Under the pieces are notes generated by a model. That model searched no databases. It was not told where the DNA came from and was given only the letters and a program-made list of their open reading frames with translations. DNA of 64,000 nt from Candidatus Bathyarchaeota archaeon (lineage in GTDB: Archaea > Thermoproteota > Bathyarchaeia > Bathyarchaeales > Bathycorpusculaceae): the NCBI GenBank assembly GCA_963775685.1, contig CAVZJV010000014.1, forward strand, positions 640,001 through 704,000, written 5' to 3'. This document shows, one piece after another, positions 23,760 through 34,758 of the stretch. The translations under genes and the position numbers were made by a program. Position 1 is the stretch's first letter. Every line of letters begins with the position of its first letter.

Positions 23760-23930
23760 ATGGTAGATTTGTCTAGGCCTTGCGATGCTTGCGGGAAAAT
23801 GGTTGGCGGCGGAGTCTATTCATGCCCTAAATGCCAGATTTACTTCTGCTTCTACTGCGCATGCCAACTTCCAAACACTAACAATACAATAAAGAAAGAA
23901 TGCCCAATGTGCGGTGGAAAATTCGAGTAG
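23760..23930 (+). CDS. 56-aa two-site zinc-finger microprotein
   Basis: Hand translation MVDLSRPCDACGK...CPKC..FCFYCAC...CPMCGGKFE*; four CxxC pairs. Confidence 0.75.
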   Translation: MVDLSRPCDACGKMVGGGVYSCPKCQIYFCFYCACQLPNTNNTIKKECPMCGGKFE

Positions 23931-24041
23931 TGGATATACCTTCATAGCCAAACTGAATATTTACTAAAAATTGCCCGTCTACATCCTAATTAGCAACCCT
24001 CAGATCATACGAGGAAACATGGAAAACTGGAAAATAACTCG

Positions 24042-24119
24042 TTATGGACATGCAAGCAAAGGAAAAGGGAATACAAGAATAAACTCTGAAATAAAAAACA
24101 GTCTTAGCAGAAACCGCAT
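24042..24119 (-). CDS. Hydrophobic micropeptide copy 1 (MRFLLRLFFISEFILVFPFPLLACP)
   Basis: Homologous to 25918-26001 and 26533-26622. Confidence 0.35.
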   Translation of the reverse strand: MRFLLRLFFISEFILVFPFPLLACP

Positions 24120-24248
24120 AACCGTTTCCTTACAATTTGTTAAGCCTTGGATCAAAATTTAGTCTCCCACACACCATTTCAACGTCAGCTATCATCTTTA
24201 GAACAAAGGGATGCAAACGGAACGTGCTTTGTTTGACGAGAATACATG

Positions 24249-24332
24249 TGAATGTTGTTTCATCCTGTAACAACTTAATGTTATAAACTGAATGTTGTTT
24301 CATCCTGTAACAACTTAATGTTATAAACTGAA
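24249..24332. repeat. Exact 40-bp tandem duplication
   Basis: TGAATGTTGTTTCATCCTGTAACAACTTAATGTTATAAAC x2, followed by TGAA. Confidence 0.9.
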
Positions 24333-24361
24333 ACGCTCAAATGATAAATAAGGTAAAATAA

Positions 24362-24602
24362 ATGGAACAAGCCCAAGCATACAAATTGGATTTGACTAAA
24401 ATAGAAGGAAACGGAGACTTCTCATGTCCAAGATGCAGAAGTACCATTTCACCGGATGAGACTACAGAAAAGACCTACTGCATTATAGAACCAAAAGTCA
24501 ATAAAAATGGGCTTGGAAGAACTGGTGATTAGCTGCAACATATGTAAAAGTCATATTCACTTGACTGGATTTTCTCTCTTGGATGAATTGTCTATTAAGT
24601 AA
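24362..24602 (+). pseudogene. Small zinc-ribbon protein (one frameshift near 24510)
   Basis: MEQAQAYKLDLTKIEGNGDFSCPRC...LEELVISCNICKSHIHLTGF. Confidence 0.7.
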
Positions 24603-24876
24603 AGTAACTCTCGAAAAACACTGATTTGCTTTTTGATTTTGTTCCAACCTTCCTAAGCAAATTTTAAGCCATTATAACTATTCTTACGGAACAAACCAAC
24701 CTTACTACAACAGCAACCCAGCACGGCCCTCAAGCACCAACTCCATCAGCAATGAAAGCGAGAATGACCTAACTCGGTCCCCTAAGGTGAATATTAGGTA
24801 GTTGACGAATCAAACTTTTGGTTATCTTTCTACACATGAAGACTGCAGCCTAAAAGAAGGGGGTTTTGCAGAAAAG

Positions 24877-25281
24877 TCAAAGCGGCAATTTTTTCTTGGT
24901 CACTCTGGATGCACGGTAAAGTTCAAGTATTTCCCATGTTGCATTGGAAACTTTCAAGTTTGAGCCATTGAAGTAGTCTATGTATTTGATTTCGCTACTT
25001 GGCTTAGCAACTCCGGAGGTTTCTATTAAGAAAACTTCATGGTTGTCGGTTAATGATTCATATTCAAAAAGAAACCTACAAACAACTGTTTCAAGAATAG
25101 TTTCTTCTTTAAGTTCTCTAATTGCTGCGTCTTTACGACTTTCACCTTTTTCTGCTCCGCCTCCAGGCAAATAAAAAGTACGATTATCATGGCTAACAAC
25201 AAGTATCCCCCTTAAAGCATCAACAATCGCGGTTCCTCGTCTCCTTTTAGAAGCCAGCATATTGCATACTTGGCACACCAA
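24877..25281 (-). CDS. NUDIX hydrolase
   Basis: Nudix box PGGGAEKGESRKDAAIRELKEET. Confidence 0.9.
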   Translation of the reverse strand: MVCQVCNMLASKRRRGTAIVDALRGILVVSHDNRTFYLPGGGAEKGESRKDAAIRELKEETILETVVCRFLFEYESLTDNHEVFLIETSGVAKPSSEIKYIDYFNGSNLKVSNATWEILELYRASRVTKKKLPL

Positions 25282-25917
25282 TTTCTAATAAGCAATACGC
25301 TCTACAAAATCTTGGATTTCTGCTCTATGCGTAGAGCAAACTACGCGTCCACATATGCAGACTTTAGGAGCAACCTTGATTTTTGAATATTTTCTTGTTT
25401 AAATTATTTGGGAAACTAAGATCAGGCTGAGGGTTAACCATTTTTTTAGAAAGTAAATAATGAATAATGAATGCAATATACAATAAATAGTAAATATTTT
25501 ATCAGGATAAATGACATATGCAAAATTACAAATAATTAGACAAACAATACATACATAATTTCTCTCTTTCACATTTTTCCTTTCTTTTCTCTTTTTTTTA
25601 GTAAAGTTTCATTTTTACGCTCCAAAAATAGTTCTTAGGGATTGAATCCTGCCTAAGTAGGAACCGAATAACCGTCTCGATGCAGTAAACGCGCCTATAA
25701 TCATGTATTATTTCAGCTTGTTAGTGCCGTTACAATTTCGCCTTCTACTTCATTTCTTAGATAAAGAAAACCAAAACCGAAAATGAAAACCATACTCAAC
25801 GTAAACAAAAAACCGCAAACTATAATGTAGATAATCAGCCACGGCATTTTTTTCCCTCAGTTAGCGTTAGCTTATTAGCTGTCTATGTTTAAAGCGTTTT
25901 CTAATGAAAAGGTCTGG

Positions 25918-26001
25918 TCATGCAAGCAAAGAAAAAGGCAATACAAGAATAAACAATGAAATAAAAAATAGCCTCAGTCGGAAACGAATAACTGTTTCCA
26001 A
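25918..26001 (-). CDS. Hydrophobic micropeptide copy 2 (METVIRFRLRLFFISLFILVLPFSLLA)
   Basis: TTG start; synonymous differences versus copy 3. Confidence 0.45.
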   Translation of the reverse strand: METVIRFRLRLFFISLFILVLPFSLLA

Positions 26002-26532
26002 TCAATATACAGTGAGTAAATAGAATAATTTTAGAGATTCTTGTATAAAATTTAAACCTCAAAAACTAAAACAACTTACGCTTTTATGTTAAATATTTGC
26101 TGAAAAATGGGGATGGTTGGCTGAAACTAATATTGTGTGCTTTAGGTTTTGTCGTTTTCGCCGACTATTTCAGCCATTTTCTTAATTCCGTTTTCGGCGT
26201 TTGCTCCCGTCCGAAAGCAAGTACATTGGCTTTTCGTTTCTTAGCAAATCAATGCAGTTTTAGAAATCATCCAAGTGATTGTGTATATTCTTATTTTGCG
26301 TGCCAGCCTGCGTCTGTGGGTAGAGTAGCCCCATTTGCATGAAAAATTAGTTGACCTATGTATTTTCCTGCGCTTTTCAGCCAAATTCTATGTGGAAACT
26401 TATTTGAAGAATACATTACTTCATACTCTTCGATTTTTATAGATTGTACCCAAACAAATCGCCACTATATTTTATATGCAGATAGAACTTAAATTCCTTA
26501 CGAGGTGGCTTGAAGGATTAGAGAATAACACG

Positions 26533-26622
26533 TTAAAGGAATGAAATTAGAGAACAAAGAAACACAAGAATAAACAATGTAATACGAAGCAGCCTTAGCC
26601 GAAAACGGATAGCCGCCTTCAT
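26533..26622 (-). CDS. Hydrophobic micropeptide copy 3 (MKAAIRFRLRLLRITLFILVFLCSLISFL)
   Basis: ATG...TAA, 29 aa; RFRLRL and LFILV conserved with third-position changes. Confidence 0.45.
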   Translation of the reverse strand: MKAAIRFRLRLLRITLFILVFLCSLISFL

Positions 26623-26735
26623 ACGTGATATTCAAGCTATGCATTAAAATTTAATCTTTTTCCCCCTCTTGATTCTCACTAACTACTACTGCCCGTTTCT
26701 CTCATCTAACTACTCTCTACTTCTCTCTCTCTCCT

Positions 26736-27136
26736 TTAGCACACACAAGACAAACAAACAGACAAAGACAAACACGTCACAAAGAGTAGATCCGCAAAGT
26801 CTAAGCCAAGCTTAGCTTTTGTGAGGATTCTTTGTGTTTTCTTCCCCTTAGCCATAAATTCTATTTTACCACAATTAGGACATACATGCAGTAAGAGAGG
26901 AAGGATTATTTCTCCACTAACATCATACATGGAAGCTATACTAAGGATTTTTTCAATCCCTGAGAACCAACCATTCTGATTTTTACTTCATTACAGCTCA
27001 TTTCTGAACCACAAAGAGGGCATTTCAAAATTTCTATAATTTCTACCGCTTCAGCTTCGAGATTTTTGCTAAAACAGTAAGGACATACTTTTGCATTATC
27101 CGCTAAAATTTCCTCTCCACAGTTCAGACATTTCAT
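26736..27136 (-). pseudogene. Multi zinc-ribbon small protein (split frames)
   Basis: CLNCG, CPYC, CPLCG, CPNCGKIEF across two adjacent ORFs. Confidence 0.6.
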
Positions 27137-27664
27137 AACAAATCAATTTATGTTCATATGTACTGTTTTGGTTTTAACCTTTTTGTTGTAAGCACGTACA
27201 CTATGTTATACATATTCTTGGTAGCAATTCTTTCTTTCCATTTCTAATATATTTCGCAAATAATAGAGTTTCACTAATCAATGTATCAATAATTTGTCTT
27301 TTTTTTAACCTTGATTCTTTCAAAACACTTAAATCCACAAAATTTCAGATACCGAACAGGTATCGTTTGGAGGTTTGATAGTCTCTGTCGCTTACAATAG
27401 ATACTATTTCCGTTAAGAAGTATATTCGTGCAGGACAGAACGTTTATGAAAAGTTTATAGTAGAAAAAGAAGCGAAGAAAGGAAGGTGGAAGGTTGCAGA
27501 GTAAATTCCAGATCTACAAAATGAAATCCTAATAAATTTGAAAATATAGAAATGTAACAAGGCAAAATGTTTGCCTATTTTCTCGTTGGGAAAGCGGTTG
27601 GGATTCCTTCAAAGCGCCAAACTAGATGATCTTCAAAAATAGAAACTAAAAAAGGTTGTACTTT

Positions 27665-27733
27665 TTACCATTCTTCTTCTTCCCATTCCTCGTCTTCAGT
27701 TTCTTCCCATTCCTCTTCCTCTATGAATATCAC
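27665..27733 (-). CDS. 22-aa Glu/Trp micropeptide MIFIEEEEWEETEDEEWEEEEW
   Basis: GTG start 8 nt after GAGGTGA Shine-Dalgarno; TAA stop. Confidence 0.55.
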   Translation of the reverse strand: MIFIEEEEWEETEDEEWEEEEW

Positions 27734-27951
27734 GTTCTTATTCACCTCACAACAAGCTGCAAAAGCTACCTGCCCCTTCAAAGCCTTAAGCATTTACATA
27801 CGTCAATTGACGTTAAAAATCGACAGGGAAACACCACTAATCATGCCTCAGGCAATTAATTTTCTATTCAAACTTATTTAAGAGAAACTTTTCCTTTGTT
27901 ATGTGATTTTCAATTGCCATTCTACCAACGCTAAGATATTTACCATTCATT

Positions 27952-28149
27952 GACTATCAATATTCAAACGAGGAAATAGATGCGTGGGTGCCAAAAGGTC
28001 AGGAAACAAGCAAATCGGTAAAGAAGATTTATGGATTCTTCAACAACCTCTACCACGGTTATGTTCCTGAGAACAGTTTGTACTTGCTTGAAATACTCGG
28101 GTTGCTATCTGACTCTCAAAAGAAAGCTAAAAGAGAAGTCAAAGGTTAA
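27952..28149 (+). pseudogene. Isolated C-terminal fragment of a DUF72 gene
   Basis: DYQYSNEEIDAWVPK...KIYGFFNNLYHGYVPENSLYLLEILGLLSDSQKK aligns with 23404-23580. Confidence 0.8.
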
Positions 28150-28195
28150 GCAAGCTCAATTAGGGTTGTTTTTTTAGAACTCTTAACTGGTTACT

Positions 28196-28435
28196 TCAAA
28201 CGTGAATAAATTCAATCTCTTCTGTGTTTGCTATTTGAAATTGCGGGTTTTCTTTATTGAGTTTCTTGAAAAAGGATAATCTGTTTTCAAAGGCAGGTAC
28301 TAATTCATCTAACAAAATTGCTTGCATTTCAGGTGAGAGATCGGTTATTTCCTCTATGAACGTTTCCACGAACTCGTTTTTCAATTTTTTTCTTCGTTGG
28401 GTTGTATTATTCATGATTCTGCCCAGCTTTATCAT
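28196..28435 (-). CDS. Small hypothetical protein
   Basis: 79-aa ORF, LSPEMQAILLDELVPAFENRL helical pattern. Confidence 0.55.
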   Translation of the reverse strand: MIKLGRIMNNTTQRRKKLKNEFVETFIEEITDLSPEMQAILLDELVPAFENRLSFFKKLNKENPQFQIANTEEIEFIHV

Positions 28436-28562
28436 GTTTCCCAGAGGCTTTAAGTTGTTTATGAATTTGAAATCAAGTGCGTTGTGATGGTTATTGATTT
28501 CTTAACTTTAAAGAGGTGGATATTCTCTATGCGTGGTATCTGTTGCCTAAGAACTACTCCTT

Positions 28563-29255
28563 TTATTCTTTTTTGTTGTATTCGTTCGCTTTTTTCATTT
28601 CACTGTCTAAGGGGTAGTTCTCCTCAAACATTGATGCAAGAAATCGAAGATTTTCAGGTACATAATTATTTATTTCGATAATTTTGGTGTACTTAACTTT
28701 AAAACGCTTAGCTACTTTAACCAGTTCCTTGCATACTTTGATGAACTCTTTGCGATTCTCTCTACTAACTGACTCATGAGTTAAAGAAGGTTTTATGACA
28801 GTCCTAACTATGTTGATGAGGTTCTCCGCTTTTTTAATTATTTGCGACATTTCTTTTTTCTTGATTACTTTGAATGGTTCATTACCATACAATTGTATAA
28901 ACCCATAAAATCCATCTGTAAATTCAATTTTATTTTTTGAACTGGTTTCACCTAATCGATTGATTAAGTCGAACGCTCTTGTATTGTATTCTCCCAATTC
29001 TTTCATATATCCTGTGTTTATTGAGATCTGTTTGCATTTATTTGCTAAAGACTCATATTCGGTTAATAGTTCGATATACTTTTTCTGAATTTGAATAAGA
29101 TGTTTTATTATTTCATTTATTTGCGTTCTTGTTGGCGCTATATGAATAGCCTCTATTAAAGGAATGAATTGACCATTAATTGCAGCCATAGAGTCAAAAG
29201 TCGCAGCGATAGAAATCATTTCAACTTTAAGAGCACTTTCCAAACGTTCCTTCAC
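28563..29255 (-). CDS. Hypothetical all-helical protein
   Basis: 230-aa AT-rich ORF. Confidence 0.55.
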   Translation of the reverse strand: MKERLESALKVEMISIAATFDSMAAINGQFIPLIEAIHIAPTRTQINEIIKHLIQIQKKYIELLTEYESLANKCKQISINTGYMKELGEYNTRAFDLINRLGETSSKNKIEFTDGFYGFIQLYGNEPFKVIKKKEMSQIIKKAENLINIVRTVIKPSLTHESVSRENRKEFIKVCKELVKVAKRFKVKYTKIIEINNYVPENLRFLASMFEENYPLDSEMKKANEYNKKE

Positions 29256-29533
29256 AAGAGTATTTTTCTGATGTTCAGTTATAACTAGAGCAATATCCCT
29301 AACTATTGGAAGGGTTGTGCTAATTACTGTAAGAGGAAGATTTTTGTTATCGCCCAGATTTATCCCCTTTTAGTTAATTGACCTTTGGGTTATTAATTAA
29401 TTTGCGGTGTAATCATTAAGAGGCTGAATTTGAACATATTCAACAATTGAGAAATGTCTTTTCAATTAGGAATAAAGAAGCGGAGCGACCCGCGCAAGCG
29501 GGAGCGGAGAGGTAATGCCTGCGGTCTTGGTTT

Positions 29534-30372
29534 TTAAATTGCTTCAAAATCAAAGAGGTCTTTTTTCCTTTGTATATTGGAAGGTTTCTGACAGAATTTT
29601 TTGATATATCTATACCAATCTTTTCTGACGTATTTTCTATCTCTCCATATTCTAATTTCACGCGCCTGTAAAAGCACCCAGTCAAGATCATCAAATCCAT
29701 ATTCAGTTTCAAGTTCCTTCCTTCGCGCATGACGTAATCCTTCCATAATCAATCTTTTTTCGTGTTGGTCTACATTTAATTTAGCTTCACCAGAAATTGT
29801 CTTTCTATTTATTGTATAATCCGTAATCTCATAATCTGAAGTTTTTGAAGATGCCGTATTTTACGATAGAATACCAATAATCAATACGTTTTTTGGGAAA
29901 AACATAGTTCGTCCCCAAGCTTTGAAAATAGTTATACAATTCTTTAGTCCAAGGGTCATCAAACACGCTATTAATTGGTAAACCAATAAGTCGATAAGGA
30001 GGTCCTTCGGTTGGTTCAAACTTCTGTTTTGAAATTTTTATTCTGAAAATTGCAACTTGAATTCTTTTTGAGAATTCACTAACTAAATCACTTGCATTAA
30101 TTTGTTTATTATCAATTTGTCTCATAAATTCCAAAAATCGTTTGAGTGTTGGTTCTGGCATATCTATTTCTTCAAGCCACGAATCGTCCCCTTTGGCAGT
30201 GGGTTACGTTCATGTTTCCAGAGCTTGGGTCACGTTTTGATGTTAATTCAGTCGGTCTTGGTATCCCTAATAAATAAAGAGCTTTTAGAAATATTTTGGT
30301 TTTAGGCTCAGGTACACTCTCTATACATTCACGTACTTCCATGTAATTTAGAGTATTCTTTTTTGTCTCCAT
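29534..30372 (-). pseudogene. Tyrosine-recombinase-like catalytic domain protein (frameshifted)
   Basis: Joined frames give LYLLGIPRPTEL (R), RLIGLP, EGLRHAR and terminal KYVRKDW (Y). Confidence 0.6.
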
Positions 30373-30496
30373 AAGTAGATAGATAGTCTCAGTTACGGAT
30401 AAAAGATTTTTCTAAGCTATTTGGGAATTAGTATAATTATTTATAGCTCGTACAATAATTGTTCAAATTATCCTATTTGATAAAAAGGGAATCAGT

Positions 30497-31556
30497 TTGG
30501 GGGAAAAAAATAAAGTCAACGAAGCAGTTGAGTTGTACAGAGGGAATTTTGAGAGTTATAAGGACCTCGCATTAGCAGTTGACAATATTATTCGCCAAGT
30601 TTTAGACCAACAAGGAATAAATTACCATAGCATTACGAATAGACCGAAGGAAGTTGAACGATATAGAGAGAAGGCTTCAAAAGAAAAATATGATGATCCT
30701 AAGAATCAAATAATGGACATGGCTGGAGTGAGAATTATAACTTATATTGATTCAGATGCCAAAAAAGTTGAAAGAATTGTGAAATCATTGTTTGTTATAA
30801 TTCCTGAATACAGCAAAGATAAATCAGAGGAACTTGGAACAGATAGAGTGGGATATCGTTCGATTCATTGTATTTGCACCCTTGGAAAAGAAAGATTAGC
30901 TTTACCCGAAAATAGGGCTTACAGAAATCTTTTTTTTGAAATTCAAATTAGGACAATATTGCAACACGCGTGGGCAGAATTTGAACATGATAGAAACTAT
31001 AAATTTAAGGGTGTAGCTCCGAACGAAATTAGAAGAAGATTGTCTGTTGTAGCTGGAAGTCTAGAGCCTACTTGATTGGACTTTTGAATCGATATCTAAA
31101 GGTATTGATGAATATACTTCATTAATTAAGGAAAAGACAAAGTCAGGGGATTTTAGCGTTCCAATTACTTCGGCATCTCTAAGAGTTTATTTGCCACAGA
31201 AATTTTCTAAATTATTAGAAAATGGTTTGAAGCCTTACCAAGATGAAGAAAATGATATTAAAATGGTTAACGAGTTATCTGATGTAGGAATTTTGACTCT
31301 TGAGCAGTGGGATAAAGCAATTCCCAAAAATCTTATAGAAATGGCGATTAGACATAAAGTCTCTACAACATATTTGGGCTTGATTAGGGATATTATGATT
31401 CTTTTTAATGCGGAAACTTACTTTAAGAAAGCTTGGAAAGATTCATGGAAATATCTCGACAAGGAATCAGTTAGCCTGTTAGAAAATTACGGAATTTCAG
31501 AAGAAGAATTAAAAAAGTATCTTAAGAAAAGACCATATACCATCTACAATAGTTAA
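30497..31556 (+). CDS. RelA/SpoT-domain (small alarmone synthetase-like) protein; frameshift near 31070
   Basis: ITNRPK, IMDMAGVRII, GYRSIH, EIQIRTILQHAWAEFEHDRNYK. Confidence 0.88.
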
Positions 31557-31594
31557 TGAATAATATTTGATTTTTAGGTTGTGTTCTCCACTAT

Positions 31595-32240
31595 CTATTT
31601 CTTTGTGAAGAATTTAACTCCATCAAAGTCCATTTCAAAGTTGTAGCCTTTTGCTAATAATTGCTTAACCTCTACTATGTTTCTCGCTTCTGCCACTTGA
31701 TAATTCTCTTCGCCAGTTGTGATTAACTCTGATAAGACTTGTGTTTCTGTTTCCCTAACGGGTATATTGATTTCATTTTTATCTTTGATAAATGGATAAG
31801 CTTTCATGTATGCGTCTTTTAATCCTTCGTCTGCTGGTAAGCTGTAGGCATCTCGGCTATTGATTAATTGGGGTCCGAGTATTTGGTCTATCCAATTTGA
31901 GTTTTCCAGCTCTTTCTAAGTCCGTTTGAAGTTTCTTTCTAAGCTATGAGCTGACATTCTTTCTTCATTTACGCTTTCAAAAACTTCTCTCATTAATGAT
32001 GATAATGAATGCCTTGAGTATCGTTTTATTTCTCCTTTAGTCCATACTTTGAACAATGGACTGTCTTTTGTGATAATCGCAGGTTCTACATTTCTTGAGT
32101 CTCTTGACCCTTGTTTTTTGGCTTCTAAGTATTCTTTTAGTGCTTGTATGGATTCTTCGCCAATGAATTTTTTAGCTAAGAGATTTGTTTTCTCGGTGAT
32201 TATGTTTAATTGGATTATTGTTTCTCCATTTTTCAGTTGT
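31595..32240 (-). pseudogene. Decayed C-terminal half of a tyrosine recombinase
   Basis: MSAHSLERNF, DQILGPQL, RDAYS...LKDAYMKAYP and tail VKQLLAKGYNFEMDFDGVKFFTKK; internal stop. Confidence 0.7.
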
Positions 32241-32244
32241 TTGG

Positions 32245-33245
32245 CTATATTCTGAAGTTCTCTAGCTCGTTTACATTATGTAATTCTACTGTCGGATCTT
32301 TAATTTTCGAGGTAACGTTTTTGGTAGGCGTTACATTATTAAATTGGTTGTCGTAGTACGACCGGATTAGGACTTTGTAAAAACCCATTTTCCTGTTAAT
32401 CGTTAAATCATGAATTAGAACGTGCGCCTTAATTGGTCCCCCTACCATAGGTTCACTATTAAGAATTTGGCTTACATCAGCACGGGAATTTTCCCATAAA
32501 TTCATAAGTCCTTTTTCATCCTTTTCTGACAAGATTAGTCCGTTTAAACACATTAGGGGATTTTTATTTCCGATGAATTTCTCGACGGTTAGACCGCTTC
32601 TGCATTTATTAGCATCACCAGAGTTTTGCGCGGAGAGAACATCCTGCAAGGAATTTCTATCGGACCAGCGGAAAACTTTTGTTCCCATCCTAAAGGGGCA
32701 ATAATTGATGGACCTTCTTTTTCGCCTATTTCGTTCAATAAATTCTCAGACGGTATAGATTTTTCTTTAAAAAAGTCGCATATACGATAAGTTATCCCTT
32801 CGGGGAATAAAACAAGCCTCTTCTGACCGGGCAATAATTTAACTGAACGTTCTAACCAGTCAATACAAGAATCAATGTCTTTTTGTTGACACGTTATTTG
32901 AATTTTTTTATTGCATGTAATGTTAATAGAAGCTTTATCCGCTTTAGGAATACTCTTAATGTTTAAGCTAATTCGTTCAACTGACACGTTTCCAAAGGGC
33001 TTTAATTTAAGGTTTTTACAACAATTTTGAATAAACTCAATTGTTGACTCATAATCGATGTTTGAATAATAAAAAGCATCAACTAAAAAACTAAATCTCT
33101 CGGTTTGGTTCGGTGGTCGATCCCTTAACCAACGCCTATTTACGGAAGCTATGTTGTTGGCAGGCACTATTTTTAGATCGTGAATACCAAGAGAAAAAAC
33201 GTTTGACTTAAATGAGTCTTTATAGCAACTTCGATCAAAAACCAA
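32245..33245 (-). CDS. Hypothetical protein (two overlapping frames, probably one gene)
   Basis: ORFs 32589-33245 and 32245-32688; 3' end runs into the recombinase relic. Confidence 0.45.
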
Positions 33246-33452
33246 AAACTTTCCTAAAGTATCATCACCAAAGAACCCTAAGAAAAGTCCTTCGCTTGCA
33301 CCAATCGCTGTACCATCCGGTTTTTTCCGACGTAAAGCATGCGTAGTCTCCCACTCTTAGCTCGTTAGTCTCTTCCACTCTCAACCCACCGAAATACCCC
33401 ATGGTATACCGGCCACATATCTATTGTGTAAAGAATCAAGGGGCTAAACAGA

Positions 33453-33638
33453 TTGGAGACAATAATAACAACAGCTAAAGCATACTTGACCGAGAACTCA
33501 AAAATTATTGTAATTCCTAAAAAGATCAGGGAACAACTTGGTGAAAGAAATACTGACCTTTTCATCGTTAAACTAGACGAAAAACAACGTATTATCCTTG
33601 AACCGATAAAGAAGGTGACACCACTTGGCAACCAGTGA
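33453..33638 (+). CDS. AbrB/MazE-like small DNA-binding protein
   Basis: IIVIPKKIREQLG...FIVKLDEKQRIILEPI. Confidence 0.75.
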   Translation: METIITTAKAYLTENSKIIVIPKKIREQLGERNTDLFIVKLDEKQRIILEPIKKVTPLGNQ

Positions 33639-34576
33639 ACATGAAATATTGGAGCATTGGGATGGGTTGGAGCATTGGCAGGGATTGCTGTCCCCGGTTG
33701 AGCTGAAAGCATTGAGGTGGATTATGCTTGATCCAACAAAGCCTTTTTGTTCAGGAGATTTAATGGAATCGGCTGGAATACGCACAGAGGGAACAGCTCG
33801 AAACATTAATTGGAGGTTCAAGAAACTCGGGATAATCGAATTGTATTGTAGATCTTTGTTTGCTTTCTACAAACTGAAATCAGTTGACATCTGAAAATCA
33901 AAAAACCGATGACATTATCGCGAATGGGGGGTAATGGGCTTAGGTGTGTTGGAAGATTGACCTTTTATCTTTGTTGGATTCAATAGCTGCTGAAGAGCTT
34001 TGCAGGGTTCACGATGTCCGCTTAACCTTTATCGCTGAACGGTTGTACAATCTTCTCGTTAGTAAAGGCAGCTACAAACCTGAGATAAACTCGAAAAATA
34101 TTTTCTTTGGTTGTTTTGAATGGTCTAAATACAGGTCAGTTAAAGTCTATGTCCATTGTAATGGCACTGTTTCATTCATGTTAAATTGTGGAAATTGCCC
34201 TATTGAGGCAAGCGCTAGCGGTTTTGTTAGTATGGCAGGTTTTCTCGGAGGCATCCGAAACCAACTCATTAACGAATGTAGGAGTCTGGATCCCCCAATT
34301 ACCGAGGCAAGCATTCCATCAATTGATCTCTGGAGGGTTGTTATGTGGCACTATGGAAAGGATTCTGCTCAGGGATTTAGCGGAGAAGCCTTCAATATTA
34401 CTTTCACAATGTGGTGTGGGCTGCTTGCAAGGATATATGTGCATGAGCAGGATGACTCCCGTAAAGTAAGGTTTGAAGTAGTCGAGACCCCCAAGAAATC
34501 ATTACAGGAAGTAATTGCTAAAAAATTACATCTATGTTGCGGTGCATGCTCGGGATGTTTAAAGCAATCGTCGTAA
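33625..34576 (+). CDS. Mobile-element protein with N-terminal wHTH (two frames, 33625-33894 and 33944-34576; possibly one gene)
   Basis: ARNINWRFKKLGIIEL helix-wing; C-terminal VHDVRL...WHYGKD; overlaps the AbrB-like gene. Confidence 0.5.
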
Positions 34577-34758
34577 CCCCTAACGAGAAAACGGTTGATT
34601 TTGGTTGTTTGTTGGCTATTGCTAGGGCTGAGGCTTGCCGGCGTGAGCAGACGAAGGTGAATCCGTACGGTTAGGGCGTTGGTGTTTGTTGCAGAGTTGG
34701 GCGTGCATGTTGCGGTCTATGAAGCGGGGGAAGTGAAAAAAGATGGTGGAAGCCAAAA

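Noticed and set aside
24249-24332. CRISPR array
   Set aside because: Two abutting units with no spacer, and no cas genes in the window.
24700-24830. Possible transposase C-terminal relic on the minus strand
   Set aside because: Too short and broken, with no DDE or HUH motif visible.
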